In this document: positions 59,611 to 64,000 of the stretch, in pieces
How positions within the stretch are numbered: position 1 is the stretch's first letter
Layout: each line of letters starts with the position of its first letter
Assembly: GCF_902459465.1 (NCBI RefSeq)
Contig: NC_047079.1
Span: 8,370,001 to 8,434,000, forward strand
DNA length: 64,000 nt
Source: Asterias rubens
Taxonomy: Eukaryota
Direction: 5' to 3'
Notes under the pieces: model-generated
The model's input: only the letters and a program-made list of their open reading frames with translations
Databases searched by the model: none
Told to the model about the DNA's origin: nothing
Position numbers and translations under genes: made by a program

Positions 59611-60483
59611 TCTGGAAACATAGCAATGGACAGTGACCTTTTCTAGATAGCAGAGTTATTTTGTGCTAAGCTGATTTTCTTCTAGCCTGTAAGCATTTCT
59701 TTGGAAATATGTCCAAACTTATTTAATCCTTTTGATTGATGTTGGATGTGACATAAATAAATAAATAAATTAATAAATAATGCATGATTTACTTTAATAA
59801 ACAATTGTGACAATTTAAATATATTTCTTGTGACAGACCTACAATTATTTATGCATCTTTTCCCTAGACATAAGTGCCTCTTAAAGAGTTTCCAAATTGC
59901 CTTCAAATGGAGATGGATGTCCTTCAAACAGTAATGATGTATTCCAGGCTTGCAGAGACAATTGTAAAATTCAAATATTCGTTCAAGTTCAAACTGACAC
60001 CACTCTTTTGATATGCACTTCGTATGTGACATAAGTATGCACTGTAACTGTTCACACTACAGTTGAGTCTACACTCGACTGTGTTTTTCACCTCTTGTTT
60101 TCGCCCTTCAAAACTGTACCCCTTTTTCGCTATTTACAATTTGTCTCCCGATACACAAGAAACATAATGGAATGTTTCACAGACTTCAGACCATAGGCCT
60201 GATGCTTCTGACATGGATGTGGTTGAGATGCAGGCACAATGTGTACAAAAACACCCTCTTTTGGAAGAAAATGTAAATTGTGTCAATCTTACAATTGTTC
60301 ACAATTTCCTCAGTATGAGGAGAGTCGGCCAATATCTCATTTAAAAAAAACAGCTGATGCATTTTCTCATCTGCTGTAATTGACATCTTGAGGAGACAAG
60401 AATGTACTTTGAGATGTATGAAATGTAGTTTTGTGATTGTATATCCAGTTTTGCATGGCAAGAGATGGTACCATACAAACGTC

Positions 60484-60859
60484 TTAAAGGAACTTGACAC
60501 TTTTAGTAATTGTCATAGACCAGTCTTCTCCCTTGGTGTATCTCAAGCATAGGACAACAAACCTTGCAAATTTGAACTCAATTGGTCGTTGAACTTGTGA
60601 GCAACAGAAGAAAAAACACCCTTGTCTCGCAAGTTGTGTGCTTTCAGATGCCTTGAATTAGAGACCTCAGCTGAGGTCTTAAAACCAAACGAAACATTTC
60701 AATGAGAAATTACTTTCTTTTTAAAACTACGTTACTTCAGAGGGAGCCATTTCTCACAATATTGTATACTATCAACAGCTCACCATTGCTCGTTACCAAG
60801 TAAGTTTTTTATGCTAAAAATTAATTTGAGTAATTACCATAAGTGTCCAGTGCCTTTAA
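60484..60859. mobile_element. Kolobok-like MITE (same family)
   Basis: ttaaaggaacttgacac ... gtgtccagtgcctttaa. Confidence 0.75.
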
Positions 60860-61925
60860 GCAAGGTCACTCCATCATGCATGTGTATACTGTACATAAAG
60901 TACAATCATAAATTTAAAAGCCTTTTAGACATGTTAGAAGAGCATTTCACATTTTATTATCAGACAATCATAGACGTAGCCCTAACAGGCTGATAGCTAA
61001 AACAATGGTAGTGGCAGCACTTATAGACTAATTCCAAAAACGTGCACAAGCTTTCACTGCAACAACTAATAAACATGTAATCAGTACTGTACAATGAAGG
61101 GCGCAATCATTTCCAGGTTGTACAATCTTAAAGGGAGACGTTGCCTTGGTCGGGCGAGTTTGAAAACCGTTTGTTATAAAATGCATATTGTTGGAAAGAT
61201 GTTTTAAAAGTAGAATATACTGATCCACACAAAAATGCCTTGAGATTGCACGGTTTTCCATGTGAACTAACACGGCATGCCATTTTATGAAGACAAACGT
61301 TTGACTCCAAAATATGGCAAAATAAAAGGAAAACCTTGCAATTTTGAGGCATATTTATTTTATGTTATCATTATTTTCTAACCATGTATGCATTTGATAA
61401 CAAACAGTTTTCAAACACTTTTCATAGACCAACTCGCCCAATCCAGGGCAATGTGTCCCTTTGATACAAACATTCCGCTACCTATAGGTTCTCGTTCTTG
61501 CCAATGGTGCATTTGGACCATAGAGAAAAGACTACCTGATTGAACCCAGCATGGTCCCTTGAAACCTTCTTAAATTTGGCAGACAGTAAGCTTAATAGAA
61601 TATGCCCTCCATTACAGCTGGTGATGAGGTTGTTGCATTAAAAGCCCCCACATGTTTTTGTAATTAGATAAAGTCTCTGATCATTACCCCTACCATTTAC
61701 GGTTATTTTTACAGACTGAATCTAAAGTTGTTTGGTTGATTGCTGCGCTCATTGTAAGGTCAACTCCATCCGTCTTAAGATCTCTAAATAAGATTCTGCG
61801 ATCTCCTGTGCCATAACAATCAACCAAATATGTACAACATCCCGACGACTTGTCTTCATTATTCTGGTTTACTGACTTGCACCCCGAACAAAAATATTGA
61901 CAAAATGGGGAGACCGGTAACATAA

Positions 61926-62020
61926 GGCTAGATAGCTCAGTTGATGGAGCGCCGGCAGGTTAATCTGGAGGTCATTGGTTTGAGTCCCACTCTAGTAGAT
62001 TTTTCTTTGTTCAACCCAAA
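61926..62020 (+). mobile_element. tRNA-derived SINE head (A/B boxes); second copy at 40328-40397
   Basis: tagctcagttgatggagcg (A box) ... ggtttgagtccc (degenerate B box), followed by a family-specific tail; imperfect cloverleaf. Confidence 0.6.
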
Positions 62021-62465
62021 TTATTTGTTTTTTCATGTATATGTTCTTGAAAGAAAGATATGATAATGCACGAGGTACGCGCTATTTGTGTGTAGGAATG
62101 GCCTGAGGGTCAAGCCCGAGTGCCATTCCTACCCACAAATGGTGCATACACCAAGCGCACATGTGATGTCATGCTATATCATACATTATTCTAGCGCTCC
62201 ATTATTTCCCACAAATGTCATGATATTGTTGAAAGTAGCTATTGCGCCATCATGATGGAACACCAGCATGGCATCACAGGTGGAGGTTTAGTATACAACA
62301 AATAATCACCAATGGTGATCCAAGATTTGTGGAAGATACTGAGGACTAATGTTTTTTGCACCACAATTGTATACAAATTACATTTTAAACAAACACGCCA
62401 CAAATATTTTTGGTTGTTTTGTTTCCTGTCCAATCACCCTGAGCTTGTTGAATCAGACGAGAACA

Positions 62466-63401
62466 TCAGCTCGTAGATGGCTGCATGCCATCCTCAGTCA
62501 TCTCAAATAAATAAGACAGACGACCGACTCTTTTTACGATGTCATACGGCTTCTCATTTGCTGCGTTTACGATGCTAGCATTTATATGACGATTCATTAA
62601 CAGTAATTCTAAACTCTCCTTGGCCTCGTTATTAGAAGCAGCTAAATGAAGCGCTGTTTGTCCTCCATTGGTCTGAGCATTGATATCGCTACCATTCTGT
62701 AAAAGAATCGATACTACAGATGCATTGTTCCATCGCGCAGCGCAATGCAATGGACACCATCCATCCTCAGTTTTAGCATTGACATTAGCTTTATGTTGTA
62801 GTAATAACTCTACCATTGTAGTATGTCCATTATATGCTGCGCGATGTAACGGTGTGTAATAATCTTCATCTTTGGAATCAATCAATGCTTCTTGATGACT
62901 AAGTAAATCCTTGACTATTTCAATCTCGTTATTCTCAGCAGCCCATAGAATCCTTTTATCGAGATCACTCTCGACATCTTCATCTATCTTATCTTCCTCT
63001 TCTTCACTCTCATCCCAATGCGACTTGGAACTTCCTCGTCTCTTACGTTGTTGTGATTCCATCACGCTAAGCAGGAAGTCTGTATGTTGACGGCAATCTT
63101 CTTCATCCTCAAAACCAGCATCACCCCCATACCCGTCCTTAAGTAAGACAGCTTCCACTGCATCAGCAAACACATTATCCTCAGCCTCTTGGGGTACTTC
63201 GGCCGTTGCTTCCAATCTCTGCGTCCCTACATCCTCTAAGAGTGATTTCTTGCCAGTAAGTCCCGTTGGCAGCAGAGTGGATGTGAAGGCAATTTGAGGG
63301 CAACTTAATCGTCTCTTTTGATGCTTCTCAAGTTTTTCGTGCATATCTAGTTGATTTAAGCTTTCTAAGCTTCCACTCAGCTCTTCTGTGTGCCTCAACA
63401 T
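62466..63401 (-). CDS. ANKRD49: Ankyrin repeat domain-containing protein 49 orthologue, single coding exon, 311 aa
   Basis: Uninterrupted ORF. ILWAAENN, DEDYYTPLHRAAYNGH, DGWCPLHCAARWNN, DINAQTNGGQTALHLAA and LELLLMNR align with ANKRD49 from memory. Confidence 0.88.
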   Translation of the reverse strand: MLRHTEELSGSLESLNQLDMHEKLEKHQKRRLSCPQIAFTSTLLPTGLTGKKSLLEDVGTQRLEATAEVPQEAEDNVFADAVEAVLLKDGYGGDAGFEDEEDCRQHTDFLLSVMESQQRKRRGSSKSHWDESEEEEDKIDEDVESDLDKRILWAAENNEIEIVKDLLSHQEALIDSKDEDYYTPLHRAAYNGHTTMVELLLQHKANVNAKTEDGWCPLHCAARWNNASVVSILLQNGSDINAQTNGGQTALHLAASNNEAKESLELLLMNRHINASIVNAANEKPYDIVKRVGRLSYLFEMTEDGMQPSTS

Positions 63402-63606
63402 TGTTTAAACACCTCGATAAATAACTTGAAAATTTGGATGGATTATAGAAGCATCAGTTGCCAGTCAGCACATCCTCAGATCCTTCAAAAGAGGAAGCTG
63501 TAATGCCTCAGGTCAAACTCTAATGCAAACGTGTGAAACCTGGAAATATAGAAAGAAGAAAAAAAAAAAACATCAGAGTACTCTTCAATACTGGACAAAA
63601 ATAAAC

Positions 63607-63880
63607 ACATCGGTGTATATGGGTAAAAACCAAATTTGGTTCTTTATCCCCGGTGCAAATTTTACATCGTTTGCAGTACCTGCTGCTAAACATGTGATTC
63701 GATCTGCATTTTGACACCGGGCACTTCTCTAGAATTGCAAAGGTCGTGGGTTCAAATCCCACCCAAGTAATCACAGGCATACTATGCCTGTGATTTTTTC
63801 ACAGAACTCGGGTAAGAACCAAGTATACAGTGCTTAACACACATCGGTGCATAAGGGTAAAAACCAAAATAAATAAAAAT
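63607..63880 (+). mobile_element. Interspersed SINE-like repeat family (also 30948-31035, 40797-41010, 41757-41975, 58265-58300)
   Basis: Shared ggtcgtgggttc(a/g)aatcccacc B-box and gggtaaaaaccaaa / gttaaatttgcatcgggat blocks in several copies. Confidence 0.6.
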
Positions 63881-64000
63881 AATCTACATATTGGAGACGA
63901 AGTTATCGCATTTTACTCCTATGTAACATTTTTGTTGAGGGTTTATTCATTCCTCTATTCATTGTTTGTATAGACAGGCAATGTGGTTCACATTTGGAAG

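Noticed and set aside
59682-60500. ORFs of 104-116 aa on the minus strand (and 61690-61923)
   Set aside because: No recognisable domain, no consistent splice chain; composition fits AT-rich non-coding DNA.
61926-61998. Functional tRNA genes (also 40328-40397, 38505-38580, 63720-63770)
   Set aside because: Acceptor and T stems are broken and each continues into a repeated tail, consistent with SINE heads.

Overview
AT-rich eukaryotic genomic DNA with spliceosomal GT-AG introns and two N gaps (2583-2872, 43050-43179). It is an invertebrate deuterostome, most likely a sea star; this rests on my recollection of the interspersed repeat families and is unverified. Left to right, the window holds: (1) the last five coding exons of an arylsulfatase B-like gene (+); (2) four apparently intact MASP/C1r/C1s-architecture genes (signal peptide-CUB1-EGF-CUB2-CCP1-CCP2-trypsin-like protease), A, B and C on + and a more divergent D on -, converging tail-to-tail with C; (3) two LINE relics; (4) an intronless class A GPCR; (5) a four-exon TMED6-like p24 gene; (6) an intronless ANKRD49 orthologue (-). 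All exon chains were rebuilt by hand and keep frame. The main points of interest follow. The four proteases combine markers that separate the two vertebrate MASP lineages (AGY active-site Ser, histidine-loop cysteines, intron-split protease domain). Splice sites themselves have been amplified into minisatellites: 23 and 18 tandem 5' donors after the CCP2 exon of A and B, and 6 tandem 3' acceptors inside the protease region of C. Among these alternative sites only one per array yields active enzyme. Paralogue homogenisation is confined to exons while specificity loops diverge. Penelope-type minimal hammerhead-like motifs occur, two in sense orientation within introns of these genes. A 340-bp palindrome has a tandemly amplified centre.
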